Source of the DNA: Desulfobulbus propionicus DSM 2032
Lineage (GTDB): Bacteria; Desulfobacterota; Desulfobulbia; Desulfobulbales; Desulfobulbaceae
Length of the DNA: 32,000 nucleotides
Assembly (NCBI RefSeq): GCF_000186885.1
Contig: NC_014972.1
Span: 1,140,001-1,172,000 of the forward strand
Direction of reading: 5' to 3'
The notes beneath the pieces were generated by a model. The model saw only the letters and a program-made list of their open reading frames with translations, searched no databases and was not told where the DNA came from. Below, piece by piece: positions 1 to 6,952 of this stretch; positions within the stretch are counted from its first letter, which is position 1; each line of letters starts with the position of its first letter. Position numbers and translations under genes: made by a program.

Positions 1-200
1 GCGTGGAGCATTTCATGGACCACAGATGTGGTAAATATTTCCTCGAAAGAAATTTCATTTGTTTTATCTGCACAGGCGTTTACCATCGCTTCAATATTTA
101 CAACAATCTTCGCCTCTGGTTCCGCTACAGATCCAGATAGATATCCAGCAAATGCAGGTATTTCGTTATTGGGCTTAATGCTAAATTTAATTTCCAGCAT
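1..200 (-). CDS. N-terminal 66 codons of a protein with an HExxH zinc-metallopeptidase-type motif (SprT-like?); the gene runs off the left edge
   Basis: ATG at 200..198 with GGAG 10 nt upstream (210-213 on the minus strand). Translation is MLEIKFSIKPNNEIPAFAGYLSGSVAEPEAKIVVNIEAMVNACADKTNEISFEEIFTTSVVHEMLHA. Composition looks natural and codons are AT-rich at the third position. The ORF is absent from the track because it is truncated. The opposite-strand frame is also open, so this is uncertain. Confidence 0.45.
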   Translation of the reverse strand, partial: MLEIKFSIKPNNEIPAFAGYLSGSVAEPEAKIVVNIEAMVNACADKTNEISFEEIFTTSVVHEMLH

Positions 201-287
201 AACAAGGTCGCTCCAGCCGACACCGGGAATCATCGCTCATCTTATCGGTATCTCAGCGGCCCGGTGCGGCTGATCTTGGCGTTAGAT
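197..287 (+). other. integron attC-like recombination site (attC-1)
   Basis: It begins with CATAAC (198-203, an RYYYAAC-type box) and ends with GTTAGAT (281-287, GTTRRRY). The internal imperfect inverted repeat pairs CAGCCG(A)CACCGGG 214-227 with CCCGGTGCGGCTG 260-272, leaving one bulged A. AAGGTC 204-209 pairs with GATCTT 272-277. Confidence 0.55.
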
Positions 288-327
288 TTCCCAAGAAAGC
301 ATTACCTGAACAATAAATAAAGGATAA

Positions 328-1845
328 ATGATGTCATTCGCAAGGCCGTCAGAATCAATACAAATGAGCCTATTTCCTCAATCAAAACCGGCAACTAAGA
401 GCGCTGATCTTGATGTTCCTAAAACTTATACCGGCTTGGCAGGTTTTCATAAATATTGGGGAAAGAAACCGATTGAAAGCTTGTGTTATCTTGTTGAAAA
501 ATGCACCAAAGAAGAAGATGTCGTGATGGACCCTTTTCTCGGCTCTGGTTTAATATCGCTGGAGTGCGTACTTCGAAATAGACGTTTTGTCGGTATTGAT
601 ATTAATCCGTTTTCAATCGAACATGCATCATTCCTACTCGATTTACCTACAAGTCAGGAATACTATCAGGCTTTGATAGAAATCGAAAATTCTGTTGCTG
701 AAAAAATCAGAAATACTTATCTGACTTCGGAAGGAAAAATTGCATCGCACTATCTTTGGGAAGGGGATCAAATCGTCTCTGTATGGATTAAACCTGAAAC
801 AGGGCGAAGCCGAATTGAACTAGTGCCGTCTGCGCTAGACTTAAATTCCTTTTCCACATACAAAGATTACAAGCCGTTACATTTCAGAAATCTCAGATTT
901 TTCACTAACTCTAGGATTAACGTAAAGCCGACTATGACTGTCAGTGATGTTTTTACTGGGCGGGCGATGCGAAATATCGATTTACTCATTGAATCATTTG
1001 CCAATTATCCAGCGCACTTGAAACGTGCGCTGCTTCTCACATTAACATCTTCGGCTGGTCAGATGTCCAACATGGTCTTTGCCATAAAAAATCGGAGTGC
1101 AGGGAAGAGAAATGGTAACGGCGACAAAATAGAAGTTGGTAGTTGGGTTATTGGGTTTTGGTTGCCGGATACACATTTTGAAATAAACGTATGGAATTGT
1201 TTTAAAAATCGTGCGAATAAACTTCTGAAGGCGTTGCCAGCGGAAAGGAAATACTATGCAGTTTCGAACGACGCAGCATCTGTTGAGAATCTTGGAAATG
1301 ATGCATGGCTTATAAATTCTGACTGTAGGTCAGCATTGAAAGAAATTCCGCCAGAGTCAGTAGCATTCGTTTGTACTGACCCGCCACATAGTGATCGTAT
1401 ACCTTATCTTGAATTGAGTGAGCTATGGAATTCCTTGTTGGGATATTCCGTTGATTTTGACAGTGAAATTGTTGTTTCGAATGCAAAAGAACGTAATAAA
1501 TCAAAAATTAACTACAATTCGGAGATGACCGAATTCTTCTTGGAAATATCAAGGGTTCTTAAACCAAATGGTTACATAGCATTGTACTTCAATGCTCGTG
1601 ACGAGGAAAGCTGGCAATACTTGAAAAACATCGAAAAGATATCTGGCACATTAAACTTTATTGGATGTTTTCCAATGACGTACTCAGCTACCTCCGTTGT
1701 GCAAGATAATCGGAAAGGGGCCATGAAGAACGACTACATCATTATTTATCAGAAGGGGCAACCCTACACTGGACATCCCTTGACGAGTGCTTTTGTACAC
1801 CTTCCTGGATGGTCGTCTCAATTCCCAGCAAATAAAGGAGAGTAA
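328..1845 (+). CDS. DNA methyltransferase (N6-adenine or N4-cytosine, amino-MTase)
   Basis: 505 aa. HKYWGKKP then DPFLGSG (aa 68-74) form the AdoMet-binding block. TDPPH (aa 350-354) is the catalytic DPPY-type motif, followed by LKPNGYIALYF. AAAGGA RBS lies before the ATG. Confidence 0.85.
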   Translation: MMSFARPSESIQMSLFPQSKPATKSADLDVPKTYTGLAGFHKYWGKKPIESLCYLVEKCTKEEDVVMDPFLGSGLISLECVLRNRRFVGIDINPFSIEHASFLLDLPTSQEYYQALIEIENSVAEKIRNTYLTSEGKIASHYLWEGDQIVSVWIKPETGRSRIELVPSALDLNSFSTYKDYKPLHFRNLRFFTNSRINVKPTMTVSDVFTGRAMRNIDLLIESFANYPAHLKRALLLTLTSSAGQMSNMVFAIKNRSAGKRNGNGDKIEVGSWVIGFWLPDTHFEINVWNCFKNRANKLLKALPAERKYYAVSNDAASVENLGNDAWLINSDCRSALKEIPPESVAFVCTDPPHSDRIPYLELSELWNSLLGYSVDFDSEIVVSNAKERNKSKINYNSEMTEFFLEISRVLKPNGYIALYFNARDEESWQYLKNIEKISGTLNFIGCFPMTYSATSVVQDNRKGAMKNDYIIIYQKGQPYTGHPLTSAFVHLPGWSSQFPANKGE

Positions 1846-1851
1846 GTCAAA

Positions 1852-2958
1852 GTGAAAGACTTCAACTATTGGAAGAAATTACACGAAAGTGAGAAATTAG
1901 AAGAGTTTAGCACAGATGAGCTAGGGCTTCTTTGGCTCAAAGTAAAATGTATTGTTAGAAAAGAACTGATTTCAGAGTTTCTCACAGCGAATAATATTGA
2001 ACTGAATGAAACGTCATTAAATGGGCAATTTGTTGAATTATACGCTTTGCTTGTAAAAAATCCAAAGGAATCACACAGGATATTGAATGAATACATAGAG
2101 GCGACAAATAAAAGCATTTTGGAGGCATTGGACACCAAAAAACTTGTTTCAGAGTTATACAAACTCAAATCATTTGATTGGGGTGGTGATTACCAAAATT
2201 CTCTAGATAAATATTTAGTAAGCCGTTATGTCAAGGTGATCCAATCTTATGACATACTTGTGTCAAAATTTGAAACAGAGATTAGCACGGCAGTTCAGGG
2301 ATACGTTCTTAATAGCTGGTACAACCACTGGTCTAGTATTCTTATTGAACATATTTTTAAATCAAATAATGCGGTGCTGCCAACTGTTGGCCAAATAAAG
2401 CATGTTGATTTTTTTATAGGCAATGTACCTTTTGACCTTAAGGTAACATATTTGCCAGCAGAATATCTAAAATCTAAAAGAAAAGAAAAAGGATATCCTG
2501 TTGAACTTACTTATTTGAAAGCGCAAGCGAAAAGTCTTGGAATTGATTTTGACAAGAAGGCAAATCCTGCCGATATATACTATGAAATTGTTGAAAAATT
2601 TAAAGACAAGGGCACAAAAGAATGTTTACTCGTAATCGAAACTTTGAAAAAAGAGAAATTGGAGATTCTCAACGAAGCAATAGCCAACCCAAAAGGTCTA
2701 GCAAAATGGCTATATGAAAATCAGGGCGAAATGCGTTTCGGGTCAGAAAACAGACTTTTTCTTGTGCTTGTCGATACAGATGATTTCACAGGGTCTTGGA
2801 AATTGAAGCGTAACATGGATTTGTTAAAGCCAGTAATTGAAGGCTACATTAATGATTTTCCCAAGAAAAAAACTTCAGACTTGAAAATTGAGTTTAAATA
2901 TAAAGGCAAACCACAGACATTCACAGCATTAACTGATGTCATATTTGTTATCAAATAG
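1852..2958 (+). CDS. putative type II restriction endonuclease partner (PD-(D/E)xK-like)
   Basis: 368 aa with a GTG start 6 nt after the MTase stop and AAGGAG upstream. HVDFFIGNVPFDLKV gives a D-x9-D-L-K pattern. The call rests on adjacency to the MTase; no family was recognised. Confidence 0.55.
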   Translation: MKDFNYWKKLHESEKLEEFSTDELGLLWLKVKCIVRKELISEFLTANNIELNETSLNGQFVELYALLVKNPKESHRILNEYIEATNKSILEALDTKKLVSELYKLKSFDWGGDYQNSLDKYLVSRYVKVIQSYDILVSKFETEISTAVQGYVLNSWYNHWSSILIEHIFKSNNAVLPTVGQIKHVDFFIGNVPFDLKVTYLPAEYLKSKRKEKGYPVELTYLKAQAKSLGIDFDKKANPADIYYEIVEKFKDKGTKECLLVIETLKKEKLEILNEAIANPKGLAKWLYENQGEMRFGSENRLFLVLVDTDDFTGSWKLKRNMDLLKPVIEGYINDFPKKKTSDLKIEFKYKGKPQTFTALTDVIFVIK

Positions 2959-2982
2959 GGCTCGGATGAATTATAAATCATA

Positions 2983-3076
2983 ATCTAACAACCGCATCAA
3001 CGCCGACGCCGGGAAGCTGGCCGAGGCGCTACGGAGGAAGGTTGTTGGCCGGCGCGGGTTATGCGGAACGTTGGGC
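2983..3076 (+). other. integron attC-like recombination site (attC-2)
   Basis: ATCTAAC (2983-2989) fits RYYYAAC. CCGCAT 2992-2997 pairs with ATGCGG 3061-3066. AAC(G)CCG(A)CGCCGG 2999-3012 pairs with CCGGCGCGGGTT 3049-3060, leaving two bulged bases. It ends GTTGGGC 3070-3076; an alternative R' is GTTATGC 3057-3063. It shares GCCGAC(A/G)CCGGGAA with attC-1. Confidence 0.55.
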
Positions 3077-3085
3077 CTTTTTCAC

Positions 3086-3296
3086 GATCGTTCCCACGCT
3101 CCAGCGTGGGAATGCCACCCTGGACGCTCCAGCGTCCCGATGTGTTCAGCGTCCTATGTGAGCATTTCCCCCCCCAAAAAAACCGCCAGCTCGGGCAGGT
3201 CTCTGTATCCGCACCGCTGGCCACGCGCTTTCTCCGTCGACTCGCCTACGCGGGCGCGTCTTGCCGGAACGCCCACGCTGGAGCATGGGCGCGATC
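3086..3296. repeat. REP/MITE-like element A with palindromic termini
   Basis: The left end is GATCGTTCCCACGCTCCAGCGTGGGAA, containing the perfect hairpin TTCCCACGC-TCCA-GCGTGGGAA at 3091-3112. The right end, GGAACGCCCACGCTGGAGCATGGGCGCGATC (3266-3296), is a degenerate inverted copy. Spurious ORFs here read PTLERGND / HAGAWARS, which is typical of this kind of repeat. Confidence 0.6.
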
Positions 3297-3356
3297 AACC
3301 CTTGCCCTTCGGAATAAAAAGTTCCCCGTCATGCCGCATCCTGTGTAATTGTTCGC

Positions 3357-3384
3357 TTGCAAAAGAATAACGCATGAATATGTT
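3357..3384 (+). promoter_or_regulatory. possible sigma-70 promoter for the YeeE/YedE pair
   Basis: TTGCAA (3357-3362), a 16-nt spacer, then TATGTT (3379-3384), about 85 nt upstream of the ATG at 3468. Confidence 0.25.
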
Positions 3385-3467
3385 TAAATCATTTCGTGTT
3401 GTCGATGGAAAGTGGACAGAAATGCGCAACATCCTTGTTCGATCCAAACCGAGAAAAGGAGGTGACC

Positions 3468-4010
3468 ATGCAGTGGAAAACAGAAGATGGTGGGTGGAGC
3501 CCGTATCTGGCCGGGGCATTGGTGGGGGTGTTAGCTATCGTTTCGGTGTATGCGACGACCCTATGGATGGGCAAGACCAATTATCTGGGCGCATCGACCA
3601 CCTTTGTGCGTGCCGCTGGGCTTCTTGAACGGACAGTTGCTCCGGATCGAGTGGCTGCCAACGAATACTTCACCAAGGAAAAAGTGCGGGTGGACTGGCA
3701 ATTCATGGTTGTTGCCGGCATCTTTTTGGGCGCCTTGATCGGTTCCGCAACCGACAAGAGCTTTAAACTGGAACATGTGCCGCCGACCTGGGAAAAACGG
3801 TTTGGACCGTCGATCGCAAAACGTGGCGCCGCCGCCTTTTTGGGCGGGATCGTCGCCATGTTGGGGGCCCGCATGGCCGATGGCTGTCCCAGTGGCCACG
3901 GTCTGAGCGGCATGATGCAGTTGTCGGTCAGCTCGTTCATCGCGCTGGCCATGTTCTTCGGCGTTGGGGTTGTCGTGGCCGGACTTATCTACAGGAGGCG
4001 AGCGTCATGA
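3468..4010 (+). CDS. YeeE/YedE-family (Sulf_transp) membrane protein, first half of a split pair
   Basis: The start was moved to the ATG at 3468, behind the strong RBS AAGGAGGTGACC. The protein is polytopic and hydrophobic, with DGCPSGHG. ATGA stop/start overlap with the next gene. Confidence 0.8.
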   Translation: MQWKTEDGGWSPYLAGALVGVLAIVSVYATTLWMGKTNYLGASTTFVRAAGLLERTVAPDRVAANEYFTKEKVRVDWQFMVVAGIFLGALIGSATDKSFKLEHVPPTWEKRFGPSIAKRGAAAFLGGIVAMLGARMADGCPSGHGLSGMMQLSVSSFIALAMFFGVGVVVAGLIYRRRAS

Positions 4011-4537
4011 GCATCGATCAGGTTCTGGGGCTGGTGACAGGGGTATTGTTCGGGTTTCTGCTGCAAAAAGGGCGTGTGCTGCGTTTTGATAAGCAGGTTG
4101 GCGCCATGCTGTTGCAGGACATGACCATCTTCAAATTCATGCTGTCCGCCATCCTGGTCGGCATGGTGGGCATTCAACTGCTTGCCGGTGCGGGAATCAT
4201 TGCCTTGAGCCACAAGGCCATGAACCTCGGCGCCGTGGTGGTTGGTGGCGCCCTGTTCGGCTGCGGCTGGGCAGTGATGGGGTTCTGTCCCGGCACCTCC
4301 ATAGGGGCTCTGGGCGAAGGGCGCTGGCATGCGGTGTTCGCCATTGCCGGCATGGTGGCGGGGGCGGCGATCTATGCCGAGCTTTATCCTGTTTTTAAAT
4401 CGACGGTTTTGGCATGGAAAGACTTCGGGAAGATCGGGGTGCCTGACGTCGTGGGCGTTTCTCCCTGGCTGATCATTCCGGTCTTCTGGGCCGGAGTTAT
4501 TGGGGTGTTTGTCTGGTTTGAGCGTAAGAACCTCTGA
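4007..4537 (+). CDS. YeeE/YedE-family (Sulf_transp) membrane protein, second half
   Basis: 176 aa and hydrophobic, with a GFCPGTS motif. Translationally coupled to the upstream half. Confidence 0.8.
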   Translation: MSIDQVLGLVTGVLFGFLLQKGRVLRFDKQVGAMLLQDMTIFKFMLSAILVGMVGIQLLAGAGIIALSHKAMNLGAVVVGGALFGCGWAVMGFCPGTSIGALGEGRWHAVFAIAGMVAGAAIYAELYPVFKSTVLAWKDFGKIGVPDVVGVSPWLIIPVFWAGVIGVFVWFERKNL

Positions 4538-4566
4538 ACATGTAGTGGGATGAACACGGGACTGAC

Positions 4567-4794
4567 GATTGTTCCCACGCTCCAGCGTCCCGTTGTGTTC
4601 AGTGCCCTCTCGGGTGGTTTCCGCCATCCCCCGTTTGTTGGGGAGAATTTGACCCGCTCCTTGTCCGCCAATGCTCGGGTAGGCCGCTGTGGCCGCCTTT
4701 GCAGTGCTGCCCCCTAGGCCATGCATTTGCTTCGCCAACTCGTCGACGCTGGAGCGTCCTGGCTGCGTTCCCACGCTGGAGCGTGGGAACGATC
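4567..4794. repeat. REP/MITE-like element B (same family as element A)
   Basis: The left end, GATTGTTCCCACGCTCCAGCGTCCCGTTGTGTTCAG, resembles the left end of A with an internal deletion. The right end at 4741-4794 (GACGCTGGAGCGTCC...GTTCCCACGCTGGAGCGTGGGAACGATC) is an inverted copy of 3086-3137. Confidence 0.6.
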
Positions 4795-4806
4795 AACGAC
4801 CAGATC

Positions 4807-4847
4807 CCATAAATACAAAAAGCACCTGACCAATGCTGATCAGGTGC
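4807..4847 (-). terminator. rho-independent terminator of the original hisHF 3' end
   Basis: The minus strand reads GCACCTGATCA-GCAT-TGGTCAGGTGC (11-bp stem with one mismatch), followed by TTTTTGTATTTATGG. It lies about 30 nt past the stop at 4878. Confidence 0.7.
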
Positions 4848-4877
4848 CTCGTTTGGGGGTGGGGCGAGAGGCGAGCG

Positions 4878-5229
4878 TTACGCCGGCCTGATCTCGACCT
4901 TATCCTGCAAATACCGCTTCACCTCGCCAATCGGCACCTCCTTGCGGTGGAAGATGCCGGCGGCCAGGGCGGCCTCGGCCCGGGTGCGGGTGAAGACTTC
5001 CAGGAAGTGGTCGGCACAGCCCGCCCCACTGGAGGCAATAACCGGGATGGTCACCGCCGAACGCACCGCGTTGATCAGTTCCAGGTCAAAACCCGAGTTG
5101 GTGCCGTCCTTATCAATGCAATTCAGCAGAATCTCCCCAGCTCCCAGTTGCTCGCAGACCTGGGCCAGGGTGACCGCGTCCACCGGTCGTCCCTCGCGAC
5201 CGCCCTTGACGGTGCACTGGTACCAGCAG
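4878..5229 (-). pseudogene. displaced native 3' fragment of hisHF (HisF C-terminal 116 codons plus stop)
   Basis: It encodes [55 protein letters not shown]...VEIRPA. By my manual count it differs at 12 of 116 residues from the C-terminus of the intact gene at 14020-14371. Homology stops abruptly at 5229 and there is no 5' part. Confidence 0.8.
5203..5229. repeat. 27-bp att core (left junction)
   Basis: CCCTTGACGGTGCACTGGTACCAGCAG is identical to 14345-14371. The sequences diverge completely immediately to the right (TTTAGGG versus AAGCGCT). Confidence 0.7.
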
Positions 5230-5413
5230 TTTAGGGAACGCGCTTCTTGTTTTTTAGTGGTTTCAATGTGTTGCGGGTGAGTTTTCTGTTTTGCCGTCCC
5301 ACCACCCAGCAACTTCCCAACCCGTCAAAGTGTGCGTCTCGGCTGACCCAAAGGCGAAGATTTCTTGCCTCAGCCGGGTCTCGAATCCCCACCCACTCAT
5401 CACCCAACCCAGC

Positions 5414-6595
5414 TCACGCCGGTGTTTTCTCCGCCGCTGCCGGTAGCCAGGGCACGTTTGATGCCGCCGCGTCCACAGCCGCCAGTAGAGTTTCCTGGCT
5501 GAGGTGTGCATATCGCTGGGTGGTTTTCAGCTGACTATGCCCAAGCACCTTGGCCACCTCGTAGATCGACCTGCCGGAGTTGACCATATTCGAGGCCATA
5601 CTATGCCGGAGATCATGCATCCGCACATCGGGCAACCCTGCAGCTTTACGGGCGTTATCCCAAGCTCGGTGCATCTGGACAAAGGGAAGCCTAGTGTCCG
5701 GATTGGGAATGACATAGGGGCATCCTTCCCACCGGGGGAGCTGACGCAGGATCTCCAAGGCTGATAGCGACAGAGGAACATGCCTGGCTTTCCCGGATTT
5801 GGACATAGGGATGCGCCAACTCCGTCGCTCCAGGTCGAACTCTTCCCATCGACTATCGAGCAGTTCCCGTTTCCGGCAACCGAGCAGCAGGAGCAGGGGG
5901 GCTATGTATTTGAGTTGGGTGTTCTTGCTTTTCTCCAGTTGCTCAAGGAGGCGTTGGGTTTCTTCGATCGAGAGATAGCGCTCCCTGGCCGTTGCCTCAT
6001 ACAGCTTTACATCTACAGCCGGGTTGACCTTGACGTCCGGTACTTCCCATTTGATTGCCAGATTGAAAATGTATTTAAGCAGGACCAAGACCCGGTTGGC
6101 CATACCCGATGCAAAACCATTAGCTCTCATTCCGTGATGCAGGTCGGCAACCATAATCTGAGTGATCTCATTCATGCGATACGTGCCAAGAGGAGGGAGG
6201 AGATGATTTCGGAGCAGGGAATCATCGTTCTTCCAACTGCGCTTGTATCCCTTAATGAAGGGGATATAACGCTCACTGCAGAACTCAGCTAGGGTGGGGA
6301 CGTCTTTCTTGCTCTTTCGTTGTTCAGCGGGGCTATCTCCCAGGACAACTTGAGAGCGCAACACCTTAGCGGCATTCCGGGCCTTGTCGAAGGTGATGGA
6401 CTTGGCATCTCCGATTTTATGCTGGATCTGCCTTCCATGCTGATCTTTATACCGAAGAGCATAGGTCTTGCCACCGGTGGACCGGACTTCGACAATGAAG
6501 CCAGTAATGGTGGAGTCATAGTAGTTATCTTTCTTCTTACCTTCAGTGCAGACAGCATTACGGACAAATTCTGCGGATAGTTTGACTACAGGCAT
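5414..6595 (-). CDS. int: tyrosine recombinase/integrase, P4-like with an N-terminal arm-binding (DUF4102-type) domain
   Basis: The start was set at the ATG at 6595 behind ACAGGAGGTATCAA. MPVVKLSAEFVRNAV...GFIVEVRSTGGKTYALRY is the arm-binding domain. Catalytic residues: R in GCRKRELL, HDLRHS, LGHSQLKTTQRYAH. The 100 Pro-rich codons upstream in the tracked ORF were rejected. Confidence 0.9.
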   Translation of the reverse strand: MPVVKLSAEFVRNAVCTEGKKKDNYYDSTITGFIVEVRSTGGKTYALRYKDQHGRQIQHKIGDAKSITFDKARNAAKVLRSQVVLGDSPAEQRKSKKDVPTLAEFCSERYIPFIKGYKRSWKNDDSLLRNHLLPPLGTYRMNEITQIMVADLHHGMRANGFASGMANRVLVLLKYIFNLAIKWEVPDVKVNPAVDVKLYEATARERYLSIEETQRLLEQLEKSKNTQLKYIAPLLLLLGCRKRELLDSRWEEFDLERRSWRIPMSKSGKARHVPLSLSALEILRQLPRWEGCPYVIPNPDTRLPFVQMHRAWDNARKAAGLPDVRMHDLRHSMASNMVNSGRSIYEVAKVLGHSQLKTTQRYAHLSQETLLAAVDAAASNVPWLPAAAEKTPA

Positions 6596-6817
6596 TTGAT
6601 ACCTCCTGTTTTGGATGATAATGGAAAAAGGATGACAGTGACCTGTGCTGCCGGAGTGGGGGCAGGGGAGCGGTCGCTGCCACCGGAGGGGGGGAGCGAG
6701 TGGGCACCCAGCGGGACCGGAGAGCAGCGTTTCGGGGGCGGTCATGGCCCAGGGTATGCGCCGGGGTGAGCGCCCGAGAGCGGGGCGACTCGGGGGGTAC
6801 TGGAGGGGGGGCTGGAA

Positions 6818-6832
6818 GTGGGAAAAGTGGGG
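6818..6832. repeat. inverted partial copy of the island box (GTGGGAAAAGTGGGG)
   Basis: Its reverse complement, CCCCACTTTTCCCAC, matches CCCACTTTTCCCAC at 9397-9410. A second partial copy, GAAAAGTGGGGG, lies at 6862-6873. Confidence 0.5.
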
Positions 6833-6869
6833 AAATTGCCCCAGCTCCCCTGGCTCCAATAGAAAAGTG

Positions 6870-6910
6870 GGGGAGGGTGCCCCATACCGCTTCACAACAC
6901 CACCCTCCCC
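6870..6910 (-). terminator. strong hairpin downstream of the primase-helicase gene (terminator-like)
   Basis: GGGGAGGGTG (6870-6879) and CACCCTCCCC (6901-6910) form a perfect 10-bp stem with a 21-nt loop. On the minus strand it is followed by CACTTTTCT. The T-run is short, so function is uncertain. Confidence 0.4.
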
Positions 6911-6914
6911 AGCT

Positions 6915-6937
6915 TGAAAAATCCACTTTATCCACTA
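6915..6937. repeat. island box copy X: TGAAAAATCCACTTTATCCACTA
   Basis: 20 of 23 positions are identical to copy Y at 9390-9412. It lies just 3' of the primase-helicase stop on the minus strand. Confidence 0.6.
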
Positions 6938-6952
6938 CTCTTGCGAGTGGCG

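Larger units (their letters stand above)
282..3070 (+). mobile_element. candidate integron gene cassette carrying a two-gene type II R-M system
   Basis: It is bounded by the G/TT crossover positions of two attC-like sites in the same orientation as the genes. The AT-rich content contrasts with the GC-rich DNA starting at about 2990. Confidence 0.5.

Noticed and set aside
28-273. Plus-strand 81-aa ORF; the frame is actually open from position 1.
   Set aside because: It has a Ser/Ile/Thr-rich, low-information composition typical of an antisense frame. It runs through the GC-rich attC-like site, has no motif and no RBS. The minus-strand reading has an RBS and an HExxH motif. I cannot fully exclude it without the upstream sequence.
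3396-3467. The first 24 codons of the tracked 204-aa YeeE/YedE ORF.
   Set aside because: The internal ATG at 3468 is preceded by a near-perfect AAGGAGGTGACC RBS. The upstream extension is hydrophilic and lacks one.
2997-3628. Cluster of overlapping ORFs on both strands (75-99 aa) with peptides such as PTLERGND, HAGAWARS and SHAPAWECHPGRSSV.
   Set aside because: These are translations of the palindromic REP/MITE-like repeat units and of the leader of the YeeE/YedE gene. They mutually overlap and have no RBS.
4833-5312. ORFs 4833-5234 (+) and 4942-5280 (+), and the N-terminal extension of the 144-aa minus ORF into 5230-5312.
   Set aside because: The plus-strand ORFs are antisense to the hisF fragment. 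The extension past 5229 is junction sequence with no homology, so only 4878-5229 is genuine hisF-derived sequence, and that is a pseudogene fragment.
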